Virus record (IMG/VR): IMGVR_UViG_3300032111_000012 | Span: 1 to 61,010 of that record | Length of the DNA stretch: 61,010 bases | Direction: 5' to 3' (one strand) | DNA from: a virus | Taxonomy: Duplodnaviria > Caudoviricetes | In this document: in pieces, positions 28,188 to 37,778 of the stretch | How the letters are laid out: the number at the start of each line of letters is the position of its first letter | Position numbering within the stretch: the stretch's first letter is position 1 | Translations under genes and position numbers: made by a program | The notes under the pieces: model-generated | The model's database searches: none | Told to the model about the DNA's origin: nothing | What the model saw: the letters and a program-made list of their open reading frames with translations, nothing else

Positions 28188-28544
28188 TTAAATCTTGGTG
28201 CCCATCCCGGCGAACAGGGCCTTCATCTCAGCGAAGATCTGCGGAGAATAATGTTTTACCAGTGGATCAACCACAGCATACTTCCCATCATTAGCCAACT
28301 CTAAGAAGATGCCATAATCGACCGAATGGGCCAGGATGATCACCAGATCATCACCCTGGATGAAGCACCTGCCGAACAGCCCCTGCCGGGCGTGACCGGT
28401 GCGATCATCCCAAAGAGCCTGATCTTTTGCCGCCTGTTCCATCTTCCCCGACCACGCTTCGCCTACCGCTTGGGCCGCCGCCACTCTCCGGGTCGCCCAT
28501 TCCTTGAAGTTTGTGACAACCTTGTTTACGTCCTGGTCAGCCAT
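28188..28544 (-). CDS. HK97 gp10-like neck protein
   Basis: WDDRTGHARQGL, VDYGIFLEL. Confidence 0.75.
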   Translation of the reverse strand: MADQDVNKVVTNFKEWATRRVAAAQAVGEAWSGKMEQAAKDQALWDDRTGHARQGLFGRCFIQGDDLVIILAHSVDYGIFLELANDGKYAVVDPLVKHYSPQIFAEMKALFAGMGTKI

Positions 28545-28934
28545 CTAACTCACTCCCGATAACACCACGGATAACTCGGCCTGGACACTGACCACCGTGG
28601 TTGGGCTTGGCGAAGGGATCACCTCTTGCACGACAAACAGCATATCCCCGACATCAAAGGTGTCTCCCCTTTTGAGATCCAGTGTGTGGTCCCCAATCAA
28701 CCCCCAGCGATGAACTTGACCCCTGGCCCCCTCATCACTGATATCCCGGCTGCTCGGCTTCAGCTGAAACAGTCGGACAGTCTGCGGAGCCAACTGCCTG
28801 GATGGTTGCTCAATCCACCCCCCGGCCCCATCGCTTACAAAATCAGTCCGCGTTACGGTGATCTGGGTAGGGTTGCCCTGGATCAACTCCTTAGCCCTGG
28901 CCCTCATCAGATCCAGATTGACCAACTGCCCCAC
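28545..28934 (-). CDS. Head closure/stopper protein
   Basis: DGAGGW, DLKRGDTF; position. Confidence 0.65.
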   Translation of the reverse strand: MGQLVNLDLMRARAKELIQGNPTQITVTRTDFVSDGAGGWIEQPSRQLAPQTVRLFQLKPSSRDISDEGARGQVHRWGLIGDHTLDLKRGDTFDVGDMLFVVQEVIPSPSPTTVVSVQAELSVVLSGVS

Positions 28935-29208
28935 CGCCTTCCAAGCCTAGATCAAGGCCCCTGATGACTAGCGACAGCTTGACAGCAGGGCACTGGCCCT
29001 GCACCTCTGCCACATACATCTCCACGACCTCGACCTTAAGACAAGGCAGGGACTCCAAAGCCCGCCGGATGTGACCAGCATAGTTGATTTTGGAGATGTC
29101 CACCTGCTCCAAAGACGAAGCGGCCTGCCCCCCGAACGGAGGAGCAGGCGGCATCATACCTTTTGGTAATTTATCAGGCGGGATGGTGAAATCACTCATC
29201 GTCATCAA
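28891..29208 (-). CDS. Hypothetical protein
   Basis: Fills gap between head-tail genes. Confidence 0.5.
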   Translation of the reverse strand: MMTMSDFTIPPDKLPKGMMPPAPPFGGQAASSLEQVDISKINYAGHIRRALESLPCLKVEVVEMYVAEVQGQCPAVKLSLVIRGLDLGLEGGGAVGQSGSDEGQG

Positions 29209-29566
29209 TCACCACCGGGACGGCAACCTTCACAATGGCACTCCCTCGCTTGTTGGAAGAGAGCTTAGCGTAATGCTGCGCCATACTAAGGCACATCTCC
29301 ACCTCTTCCTTGAGCTTGGTGAGGTCATACCTCTCGTTGCCGATACTGTACCCCTGAGTAGCAGGAGCCTCATTCATTTTGCGCTGCAACATCCCAGCCT
29401 TCATCAGCCATCCGTCCGATGCAGCCGCATACTTGTCCTTGGCATCCGATAACAGCGAATCGATTTCCGCAGGGGTGAACCGGGTATCAGCGTCCGATCC
29501 ACCCTGCGGAATCTTTTCATTTAACGCTGCCCGGAGCCAAGTCCTCAGATCATCCGTTGGGGTCAA
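29192..29566 (-). CDS. Head-tail adaptor protein
   Basis: FTPAEIDSLL...AASDGWLMKA; follows MCP. Confidence 0.7.
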   Translation of the reverse strand: MTPTDDLRTWLRAALNEKIPQGGSDADTRFTPAEIDSLLSDAKDKYAAASDGWLMKAGMLQRKMNEAPATQGYSIGNERYDLTKLKEEVEMCLSMAQHYAKLSSNKRGSAIVKVAVPVVIDDDE

Positions 29567-29582
29567 TTACCCCACCCCCAAC

Positions 29583-30629
29583 TTAACTGGTCGGCAGCGT
29601 GATCTCCTGGACATTCTGGGCAATCGCCGCATAAACGCCCCGGTAAGCCCGACCAACGAGTTGCGCCGTCACGAGACGGGACAGGTCGCCGTCGTTGGCA
29701 TCGACCAACAGGTCTTGTTTGATTAATTCTTTGAAACCCTTCTTGGGACGGATCAGGTAAGCCTTGTTATCGGCGACACCAGGGTAGCTGTAGGACTTCT
29801 TCCCGACCTGGATGTCCCAGCCGTCATAGTAGATGACAGTCTGGATCTCACCGATGGCCGCGTAATTGGTGCCAGCCACGGTCATCTCCTTAAGGGCCGG
29901 TTCGATGTCCACCTTGCGGGCGCTGCTCGCCAGGAGAACGCTGCCGGGCCGCTTAGCCTTGGCCGCGTCGGCCACAGCCTTCTGGAGCGTTTTCTTGACC
30001 TTCAAGGTCAAAGGATCGCCAGCATCGCCCTGCGCTGCGGTCTGGTTGCCAGCCGCATAAGTAGCAGTGATGATCGGCCCAAGGTGCAGATGGTTGAGCA
30101 AAGCATTGTAGGCTTCGCCGAATGCCTTGTTGAGGATGGTGATGTTGAAGCTCTCGTTGAACTTCTCCATTTCTTCGGTGTACTCAAACCCTGCGGCATA
30201 GGTAGCAATCCGGGCGGTCGGCCCCTGCTCGGCCCGCAGAGTGCCGAACTTGACTTCATTACCTTCCTTGATCTCAGCGAATACGACCACGCCGTACTGC
30301 ACCCACGGGGCATCAAACACCTTCGGGAAGTTGGGATCACTGAGTTGGTCATAGATTGAGCCGTACAGGAGAGGAACTTCCTCGCGGCCCATCTCGACGT
30401 CCAAGACGACTTTCTTGAGTAACTCCTTGCGCCCCTGGTCGCTTGTGAGCATTTCACCAAGGGGTGCGGTGATGTCCAGGACTTCCATCTCGCCGTTGAC
30501 AATAACGCGCTCGAAAGTGTGGAGTTTGCCCTGGTACAGGAACCCCACAGGGATCTTAACAGTCTTACCCATCAGGTCAGCCCTGCGCTGAGCCAACAGG
30601 GTTTCAACCGAAACAATCTGCTGCGCCAT
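29583..30629 (-). CDS. Major capsid protein
   Basis: 348 aa, EG.EVKFG / YAAGFEYT HK97-fold-like segments, strong SD GGAGGAGG. Confidence 0.85.
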   Translation of the reverse strand: MAQQIVSVETLLAQRRADLMGKTVKIPVGFLYQGKLHTFERVIVNGEMEVLDITAPLGEMLTSDQGRKELLKKVVLDVEMGREEVPLLYGSIYDQLSDPNFPKVFDAPWVQYGVVVFAEIKEGNEVKFGTLRAEQGPTARIATYAAGFEYTEEMEKFNESFNITILNKAFGEAYNALLNHLHLGPIITATYAAGNQTAAQGDAGDPLTLKVKKTLQKAVADAAKAKRPGSVLLASSARKVDIEPALKEMTVAGTNYAAIGEIQTVIYYDGWDIQVGKKSYSYPGVADNKAYLIRPKKGFKELIKQDLLVDANDGDLSRLVTAQLVGRAYRGVYAAIAQNVQEITLPTS

Positions 30630-30724
30630 CGTAGACCGATACCTCCTCCATCGAATTTAAATGCAAAGAGCCACCCCTAACAGAGATGGCTCCTCACGCC
30701 ATACAGAATTACCGATGCTTCAGA

Positions 30725-31138
30725 TTAGACAGCAGGCACGTTGGCCACAGGCTGCGGCCCAAGGATGAACCAGATGACATTGTTGGCGTCCTTGGCGACG
30801 GTCACCCTACCGGCAGGACGGTTACCGGCGGCGGTGGTGGTGAAACGATTGTTGGCCGCATCCCAATAGATCAGATCGCCCTTGGCGAAAGCATCTCCAG
30901 TATTGATCTGATCGGTTTCGTACTCAGCCTGCTCAATATTGAGGGCCACTTCGCCGGTTTCACCCGCGCCGGTGGTCAGACTCGACATCGCTGCCCCCAA
31001 AAAACCGTCCAGCAAATAGATCTTCCCGGTTTCAATAGTCGTACCCTGCGGGACGGTCACCTGCACGGACTTACCATCACTGACCTTAGCCCGGTAAGCG
31101 TTGTAAACTGTAGTCGGGACATACGGAGTATTTCCCAT
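30725..31138 (-). CDS. DUF2190-like capsid decoration/cement protein
   Basis: FAKGDLIYWD...GNRPAG. Confidence 0.8.
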   Translation of the reverse strand: MGNTPYVPTTVYNAYRAKVSDGKSVQVTVPQGTTIETGKIYLLDGFLGAAMSSLTTGAGETGEVALNIEQAEYETDQINTGDAFAKGDLIYWDAANNRFTTTAAGNRPAGRVTVAKDANNVIWFILGPQPVANVPAV

Positions 31139-31185
31139 CTGTCCTGTGCCTCCTTAATCAGAATTATAGCGGCTTGATGCAGCCC

Positions 31186-32763
31186 TTAGATGGCCTGCCG
31201 CCTGGTTCTGGTGAACTGCGGCTCGTTGTTGCCCTTGTTATTCTGCTTCGGGTCGGGAATCCTTCCGTCCTTAAACATCCGGGCAAGGACACCCTTGACT
31301 TCATCCGAAGCCAGGATCTCGCCAACAGCCTTCTCGACATCTGCCTTATTGGCCCCAACCTGGACATTCAGCATCCTGGAAACAAGAGGCCGGATCTCGC
31401 CCGCCACCTTCTCTTCCAAGACGCCCTTAACCAGAGCATCGTGGGCCGCTTTCTTATAATCACCCTCGGTGGTGATCAGAGCCTTGACCCTTTCCAATGC
31501 TTTGTCTGCTTTGTCCTGCTGGACACCCAGAACAGTGCAGATCTCACCGAATGCCTTGGCAGCCTTGCTGTCAGCCTCAATAGCCTGCGCGAAGCCAGGA
31601 TCAATTTCCCCAACTACCTGCGGGCCTTTCCAGCCCAGGACAGCAGCCAGTTGGGAGATCTTGATCTCGCCCTTCGCCATTGCTTCCTTAAGCTGAGTCA
31701 GAAGATCCATTCCACCTGTGCCCCCTTTGTAATTTGTATGGACAGCACCCGCAGGTGCAAATTCCCCGCCAATGGCGTCCATCTCCCCGATTGCTGCGAT
31801 CCAAGTCGGCATCCCTGGCCTGTCCAACGGCGTCCAATCGATAGACAAAGGACGGTAGCCAGTGACGTGGGTTTCCCCATTCACCGACTGCAACCTCGGG
31901 AACCCGAATATGGATACCTGCTTAATGCGGTTGGTTCTGATCCACCGCTTGAGATCCGGGGCCACCCGATCCACAACACCACGGAAGAAAGCCACGCCCT
32001 TACCGACGACCTCTCCCTTTTCGTTCTTGACCTCTCGGTCGGGATCAAACTTGGCACCCACCCAATGCGTGACCGGATCGCGGAACTCAGTATTGATGTC
32101 TTCCGCCTTTTGGTGCCCCCTAAACCCTGACAGCGTGTGAGTCATCACATGCTGAACGATGTCCTTTAAGGCTTCAGCCCGATAATACCACCCGCGCTTG
32201 GACATCCCGACCGGGACGCCCACGACCACCTCCAGCGGATCACTGTCGCCCGCCTTTAAGGCGGCCACATCAACACCAGGAGCCAAAGGCACATCATTGA
32301 CGCTCATCTCCCCTGTCAGATTGGCAAGCAAAAAGACGCCTTTATTGGCGTCCCGCATCTCACCGGCTGCATCCAACAAGCTCTCCGGTGGTTCCTTCTC
32401 CAACTCCCGGTAATGCCGGAGAAGATGCTTGGCTGCGCTCATCTTCTGCTCACCCGACAGGCTCGGCTCACTCCTGGCCCCTGCCAAGGCTGCGGCTGCC
32501 GCTTCCAAGCCGGATACATTGAGAACGACAGTTCCATCTTCCTGAATCTCATGGTGCGGCCCCCAACAATCCCCCTGCGTCAAATCGGCAGCACTCTCCA
32601 CCTTCAGGACAGCATAGACCTCGCGGGCCACCGATAAAGCATTTTCAGCTTTCTCCTCGATGGCGGCCTTGATTTTCCCCCAGATGACCCCCTTGTCCAC
32701 ATCGCCCCACGCTTTACTGCTCTTTCCCTTCCCGATCTTCAACGCTGGCACTCTGACCACCAC
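31186..32763 (-). CDS. Prohead protease/scaffold protein
   Basis: SKRGWYY, GFRGH, VSIFG, SIDWT; helical C-terminal scaffold. Confidence 0.7.
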   Translation of the reverse strand: MVVRVPALKIGKGKSSKAWGDVDKGVIWGKIKAAIEEKAENALSVAREVYAVLKVESAADLTQGDCWGPHHEIQEDGTVVLNVSGLEAAAAALAGARSEPSLSGEQKMSAAKHLLRHYRELEKEPPESLLDAAGEMRDANKGVFLLANLTGEMSVNDVPLAPGVDVAALKAGDSDPLEVVVGVPVGMSKRGWYYRAEALKDIVQHVMTHTLSGFRGHQKAEDINTEFRDPVTHWVGAKFDPDREVKNEKGEVVGKGVAFFRGVVDRVAPDLKRWIRTNRIKQVSIFGFPRLQSVNGETHVTGYRPLSIDWTPLDRPGMPTWIAAIGEMDAIGGEFAPAGAVHTNYKGGTGGMDLLTQLKEAMAKGEIKISQLAAVLGWKGPQVVGEIDPGFAQAIEADSKAAKAFGEICTVLGVQQDKADKALERVKALITTEGDYKKAAHDALVKGVLEEKVAGEIRPLVSRMLNVQVGANKADVEKAVGEILASDEVKGVLARMFKDGRIPDPKQNNKGNNEPQFTRTRRQAI

Positions 32764-33082
32764 CTCCCTTAGACATTGGGGTGAATTCCTGCTTAAGCTG
32801 CTTCTGTAGCTCCTCTATCTCAGCCAGGATCTTTTCCCTTTCCCTGGCCTCGACTACCACATCACCCTTGGCACTGATCCGCTCGTTATACGTCTTTTGC
32901 AGCTTCCAGATCTGCCGCCGAATCCCCCGGCCCCTTTCGGTGAACTGGCCGACCGGGCACTCCTCGAAACACTGTGGACAGTTGAACCAGATGTACCCCT
33001 TACGCTCCCTAAGCTCCGGGGTAAACACTGCCTGACAACTTGGCTTTTCACACTTAATGAGAAGCGGCTCCTGTTGCGCCAA
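32714..33082 (-). CDS. Zinc-ribbon/coiled-coil protein
   Basis: CEKPSC...CPQC. Confidence 0.65.
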   Translation of the reverse strand: MAQQEPLLIKCEKPSCQAVFTPELRERKGYIWFNCPQCFEECPVGQFTERGRGIRRQIWKLQKTYNERISAKGDVVVEAREREKILAEIEELQKQLKQEFTPMSKGGGGQSASVEDREGKEQ

Positions 33083-33145
33083 CCGTTTGCACCTTCTCCC
33101 TTAAAAGTAAAGGCGGCTGCTACTACGGCAACCGCCCTGCTCCCC

Positions 33146-33301
33146 TTATCTGCATCTGCTTGGCCGATACTGGCCCGTGGCCTTGTCCCTGGCGACCAAC
33201 TTTCCGTGACTCCGATTGATCTCCAATCTGGCCCCCGCAAGGCCCCTGCTTGTCCCTGCAACAGGCTTCTGCGCCTGCTCTTGAGTGTTACCCTTAGCCA
33301 T
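33146..33301 (-). CDS. Small basic protein (51 aa, below ORF-track cut-off)
   Basis: SD AGGTGAG, MAKGNTQEQ...RPSRCR, followed by terminator-like hairpin ~33104-33136. Confidence 0.5.
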   Translation of the reverse strand: MAKGNTQEQAQKPVAGTSRGLAGARLEINRSHGKLVARDKATGQYRPSRCR

Positions 33302-33314
33302 CACTCTCACCTGC

Positions 33315-33686
33315 CTAGTACGGGCCTCTCTGGAAAGATTGGGTCAAGCACTCAACCGCCGTGGCATTGTCAATCACCCAATCAGGCCTGGGCGTAATAA
33401 ACCAGCTAGACCACCTTTTAACCACCTGATCATCCGGCACCTTCTTAAAGATCAGCCTGCGCCACCGGTTCACCGGTTCCGACTTGCTCTCTTCCTGCCA
33501 CACAAATCCATCAGCAGTCTCGTAGAGCATCCGGCCCTCGACGATATGGCCCCGGCTGCCATCGTGCCAAGCTACCTGCACCCAGCGATCAACCAGATGA
33601 GCGGCCTCTGTAATCTTCACCCCGACTGCCGGGATTCCATACTCAATAGCCCCTTCCACCTCATACAGGACATTAGGGTCTACCAC
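33315..33686 (-). CDS. Hypothetical protein, candidate immunity/partner of MuF effector
   Basis: Start overlaps the MuF stop (GTGGTAG); Trp-rich 123 aa. Confidence 0.7.
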   Translation of the reverse strand: MVDPNVLYEVEGAIEYGIPAVGVKITEAAHLVDRWVQVAWHDGSRGHIVEGRMLYETADGFVWQEESKSEPVNRWRRLIFKKVPDDQVVKRWSSWFITPRPDWVIDNATAVECLTQSFQRGPY

Positions 33687-36600
33687 TTCCGTTTCACCAC
33701 CACAAACTTCTCAACCGGAATGCCATTAATCCGGTGCATTCCTGCGGCCTTGAAAGCGTTGATCAGATTGTCCTTCATAAACGATGAATCACAGGTGATC
33801 CGCTTCACCGCCCGTAGAGGCACCCCGCCCCTGAACATTATCTCATTGCTTTCCCTGGGGTTGTCAAGCTCACTGGCTACGTAATCCTCAACGGAAGGCC
33901 GATCATCCCAAAACGGCCCCCTGGTACGCCCAAACCTGTCGCCATTGTATGCAAACCAATCCGTTCTGTCCAGTTGTTCCAGGTCTACCATCAGCCGGTA
34001 GCCCGAACCGGCATAGGAATCACTATAGGCCAAACCTTTGCCCTTCCTGGTTGTGAGCCGGAAGAAGATGTAGTCAGCCCCGCCATCAAACATGTCTTGA
34101 TGAGTGCTATGTCCCTTATTAAAATCCCACCCATGCATAATACGCTCACTCAGCGAAAGGCCGTTCCCCGTCTGGAAGATTCGGACTACACCCTCGGCAT
34201 CACCGCCAACACCCGAGAAGAGCTCTATTGCTCCTTTCTCCTGCCATTCCTTATGCCGTCCAGGGATCACCCAAGTACGATGGCCGGGGATGATCTCCAT
34301 CTCCACCATCGACTCAATAACCTTCATATCCTGGACGCTCAGGTTGCTGGACAGCTTAGCCCAGGAAAGCTCTTTATGGGTTGTGGCAATTCGCTCAGCC
34401 TTCCGTGGATCTGCCTGCCACAGATAACGCATTGCCTTATGGATCATCTCGGCCTCGGTCGGTACCGGAGCAAGCAAGATTTTGTCGAACTCCAACTCCC
34501 GGAGAGCTTCCTGGAACCACTCGGCGGCATCCCTGATATCATCGGTCTTGATGACAAGCTCCATCTGGCCCCTGAGCACCTGAAACTCAGTGCCCGTGGA
34601 CGCCCTCAACTCCCACCGGCCTTTGGGGTCTGCAATTACCACATTGCGATGGTGGGCCGCATAAGAATAACTGCCAGGGCCGCCCCCTGTCTGTAATTCA
34701 ACAATGGTTCGGTATTGCCCAGGGCCGACTGGCTGCGCCCTGACATTACCGAACCAGAACCGCCATTGGCTGTAGACCCTGCCCCTGGCCTCAAGACCCG
34801 CCTTCATCTCCTGGATGTACTTATCCCTTATCTTGAAGGTAACCCTGAATCCTGGCTTACCTCCAAAGGTACCATAATGGATACGCCATTCCTGACCCTC
34901 AAGGATCTGCTCGTCGCCCCTGAACGCCTTACCCATATGGTTGCGCTGAAACTTTATCTCCTTTAACTCATCCTCGATCCGATCTAAATCCAGATGGCCC
35001 CCGATATCTGCCGGAGACGGGATCGGCTCAGGAGCATCTACGCCCTTGGCTTTGGTTGTCTTCTTGGTCGCCCTGGACTCTTTGGCCTTAGCATATGCCC
35101 TGGCCTTGACCTTCTCCAGAATCTCCTTCCGGGCCGCATCATTGCAGATGGCCTCAACTAGTTCGTCCTTGGACATCTCCTTGAGCATCCACTTCGGGAT
35201 CTGCCCCTGATAGACGGCCAACTCCTTCAACTGCTTGACGGTCATATCCTCAATGGCCCATCGCTGCCCGAACTCCAACTCTGTCTCATCGGCGAACTTA
35301 AACAAGAGAGAGGCATTGTGCCCCTCTCTCTCCCTAATCAACTGCCGATAGAACTTGCGGTATTCTTCTCGCAAATTCCCTAAGCGGTTCTGGATAGCCC
35401 CTATTAACTCATTAGCGTCAACCCCAGGCATTTGCTTGGCTAAGGCTTTGGCATAAGGCATAAAGAGAGCTTCAACTTCTTCGGCCCCCAACTGCTCCAT
35501 CCTCTTCAACGGCTTGAGGATGGCCTGGAGATCTAGATCGATCTCTCCCTTAGCATAGGCACGGTAAATGGTGTTGTAAATCGGCTCCCATTCCCCATAA
35601 GTGGCATTGGGGTGATAGGTGTAACTCATCCTATGACTGCCCGGATCTTTGATGTAACGGAACGCCTGTTCCTTATCGACACCGATGATCCGGCCATCCG
35701 ACATTTTCAGGAAGTTCCCGGCGTGACTGTCGAAATTCCCGACCGACCAATCCAAGACATGTTCCCTGAGAATCTGATCCAAGTCGTCCTTAGTTAACTT
35801 ACTGATGATCTCATCCGGGTACCTGCCCAAGCTCTTAAGATCATACTGGACACCCTTGACCAAAGGTTGCAGGGTGCCCACCCTGCCCTCAAGCTCCACC
35901 ACCTTGACCGGGATGAACTGATCCTCATCAAAGATGATGTTCGCCAGCCTGCTGGCCGCCTCTTGGATCTCCGCCCGAAACGGTTCGGCCTTGGCCGGGT
36001 ACCCCTTCGAGACAGCAGGCTTAAAGATGTACTGCTGACCATCTGCCCCCTGGTAGATCGTTTTCTGCCCCGCCCCGCCCAGGTATGAGCCATCCCCGAT
36101 CAACTTCAATTCCTCGGCAGGGGGCATAATCGGTGCCCTGACCTGCTGCCCTGGTACAGGCGGGATAACCGACGCCGCATTAGCCACCACAGCCACCGGC
36201 TTTAACTCCAAAGTGTCCGGGAGCTTGCTGACCCATTTCTGCGTCTCCGGTAACTTCGAAAAATACCCCTGGTACCACTCTTCCAACTTGCTATTGGACG
36301 ATGGATCTTCCAACCACTTCTCCACACTGGCCCGAAACTCAGCAGGCCGATAAATCGGCACCAAATGGCAAATACAATTGGGGTGTGCCGGAAAAGCCGG
36401 GATCTCATACCATTGATAGACCCCTTCGCCATCCCCCCCCATCGCATAATCATTGCAGATGTCCGGTCTGGGGTGTGTGGTACCCAGCGTCCACTTTAAC
36501 CCCTCACAAGCCGGACTGAACTTGGCCCCCGAGACTGTACCCTCTCCAAACGCCGCCGCCATCTCCGTCCGTGCCAACCTTAAAGCCTCATAGCAGGTGC

Positions 36601-37771
36601 CACCCTTAAGCCTGCCCGCCATCCTCATCATCATATTGGGGTATTGGCGGGCGAAGGTCTTAGATCCACCCAACACATAGGTTTCCAAAGCATTAGCGGT
36701 CTTGACTGCATCCATCCCCAAAGCAATCCCGACGCCCACGATCTCCTTCATTGCTGCTCTGGTTTCTGCTGCAATCTGCCAGATCCGGTCAGAAACGTAT
36801 AAGCCATCCTTCCCGACCCTGGCCCAATACGCCTCCACCGCCTGCCGGTTAATAACTCCGAAAGCGGCCTGCACCTTGACAGGCGGCAGCAAATCCTTTG
36901 CCTCGTCCGGGAGTGTATGCCAGATGTCCTCAAAAATCTCCTGGTGAACCTTAAGACCCAACCCAACCGAATCCTTAGCATAAACCCCGAAGGTCTGCTC
37001 CAGATCCACCCCCAGGTACACCATCTCGTCCAAGAGCATCTGGAACCGGTTGGTAAATACCTCATACTGCTTTGGATGTACCTTCGTCGTTTGCATCATC
37101 TCTAAAAGAATGCTCTTGGCCTGCTTGTAAGCACTGATGTATATGTCCCTTATGGACTGATCGGCCCGAAGCCTAAGAGCCAAAAACTCATTGCGGGCCG
37201 CCAAAATCCTCTGCCTGAACTCTCCCGCCGCCTGGACGATCTTCTTTGTCTGTTCCTCAGCCGCAGTCAACTGCGCCAACTCATTGGCGATCTTAGTAGC
37301 CTCGGCCTGAGCCTGGTGCGCCACGACCGCCTTAGCCTTATCCCCTGCCTCTGCCAAAGCGTGTTGGAACTGTTGAGACAACTGTAGCATCTTCTGATTG
37401 TACGTCTCCAGCATCTCGTCCTTGAGCTTGAAATACTGCTTGCTGGTGATCTGCTTACTATTCAGAGCCGCGACAATGGCCTGCTCCTTCTCGAGCTTCC
37501 AATCCCGGAGGAGCTTGACCTTTTCCTCAAACTCGGTCTGCGTCATCTGCGGCAAGAGTCCTGCTGCCTTAGCCTTGGCATCCAACGCAGCTAAGGCAGC
37601 AGCTTTCTCTTCTTTGGCCTTGGCCCACTGGTTGTAATACCTTTCGATGTCAGCCCATTCCGTGGCGTTATCGCAAAGGTCAGCGACCCTCTTTAGCTTG
37701 GCATCCCATTGGGTTTCAAGCTCGGCTTTCTCCTTCTGGTACTGTTCCCACGTCCAAGCCAAGCCCCTCAC
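33680..37771 (-). CDS. MuF-family minor head protein fused to HipA/PI3K-like kinase, HeH-like motif and ART-like C-terminal domain
   Basis: After portal; RLARTE, DIC, PAHPNCIC (MuF); YIFKP, GNFDSHAGN, VDKE (kinase); GGADYIFFR...NEIMFRGG tip. Confidence 0.85.
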   Translation of the reverse strand: MRGLAWTWEQYQKEKAELETQWDAKLKRVADLCDNATEWADIERYYNQWAKAKEEKAAALAALDAKAKAAGLLPQMTQTEFEEKVKLLRDWKLEKEQAIVAALNSKQITSKQYFKLKDEMLETYNQKMLQLSQQFQHALAEAGDKAKAVVAHQAQAEATKIANELAQLTAAEEQTKKIVQAAGEFRQRILAARNEFLALRLRADQSIRDIYISAYKQAKSILLEMMQTTKVHPKQYEVFTNRFQMLLDEMVYLGVDLEQTFGVYAKDSVGLGLKVHQEIFEDIWHTLPDEAKDLLPPVKVQAAFGVINRQAVEAYWARVGKDGLYVSDRIWQIAAETRAAMKEIVGVGIALGMDAVKTANALETYVLGGSKTFARQYPNMMMRMAGRLKGGTCYEALRLARTEMAAAFGEGTVSGAKFSPACEGLKWTLGTTHPRPDICNDYAMGGDGEGVYQWYEIPAFPAHPNCICHLVPIYRPAEFRASVEKWLEDPSSNSKLEEWYQGYFSKLPETQKWVSKLPDTLELKPVAVVANAASVIPPVPGQQVRAPIMPPAEELKLIGDGSYLGGAGQKTIYQGADGQQYIFKPAVSKGYPAKAEPFRAEIQEAASRLANIIFDEDQFIPVKVVELEGRVGTLQPLVKGVQYDLKSLGRYPDEIISKLTKDDLDQILREHVLDWSVGNFDSHAGNFLKMSDGRIIGVDKEQAFRYIKDPGSHRMSYTYHPNATYGEWEPIYNTIYRAYAKGEIDLDLQAILKPLKRMEQLGAEEVEALFMPYAKALAKQMPGVDANELIGAIQNRLGNLREEYRKFYRQLIREREGHNASLLFKFADETELEFGQRWAIEDMTVKQLKELAVYQGQIPKWMLKEMSKDELVEAICNDAARKEILEKVKARAYAKAKESRATKKTTKAKGVDAPEPIPSPADIGGHLDLDRIEDELKEIKFQRNHMGKAFRGDEQILEGQEWRIHYGTFGGKPGFRVTFKIRDKYIQEMKAGLEARGRVYSQWRFWFGNVRAQPVGPGQYRTIVELQTGGGPGSYSYAAHHRNVVIADPKGRWELRASTGTEFQVLRGQMELVIKTDDIRDAAEWFQEALRELEFDKILLAPVPTEAEMIHKAMRYLWQADPRKAERIATTHKELSWAKLSSNLSVQDMKVIESMVEMEIIPGHRTWVIPGRHKEWQEKGAIELFSGVGGDAEGVVRIFQTGNGLSLSERIMHGWDFNKGHSTHQDMFDGGADYIFFRLTTRKGKGLAYSDSYAGSGYRLMVDLEQLDRTDWFAYNGDRFGRTRGPFWDDRPSVEDYVASELDNPRESNEIMFRGGVPLRAVKRITCDSSFMKDNLINAFKAAGMHRINGIPVEKFVVVKRKW

Positions 37772-37778
37772 CCCTCAA

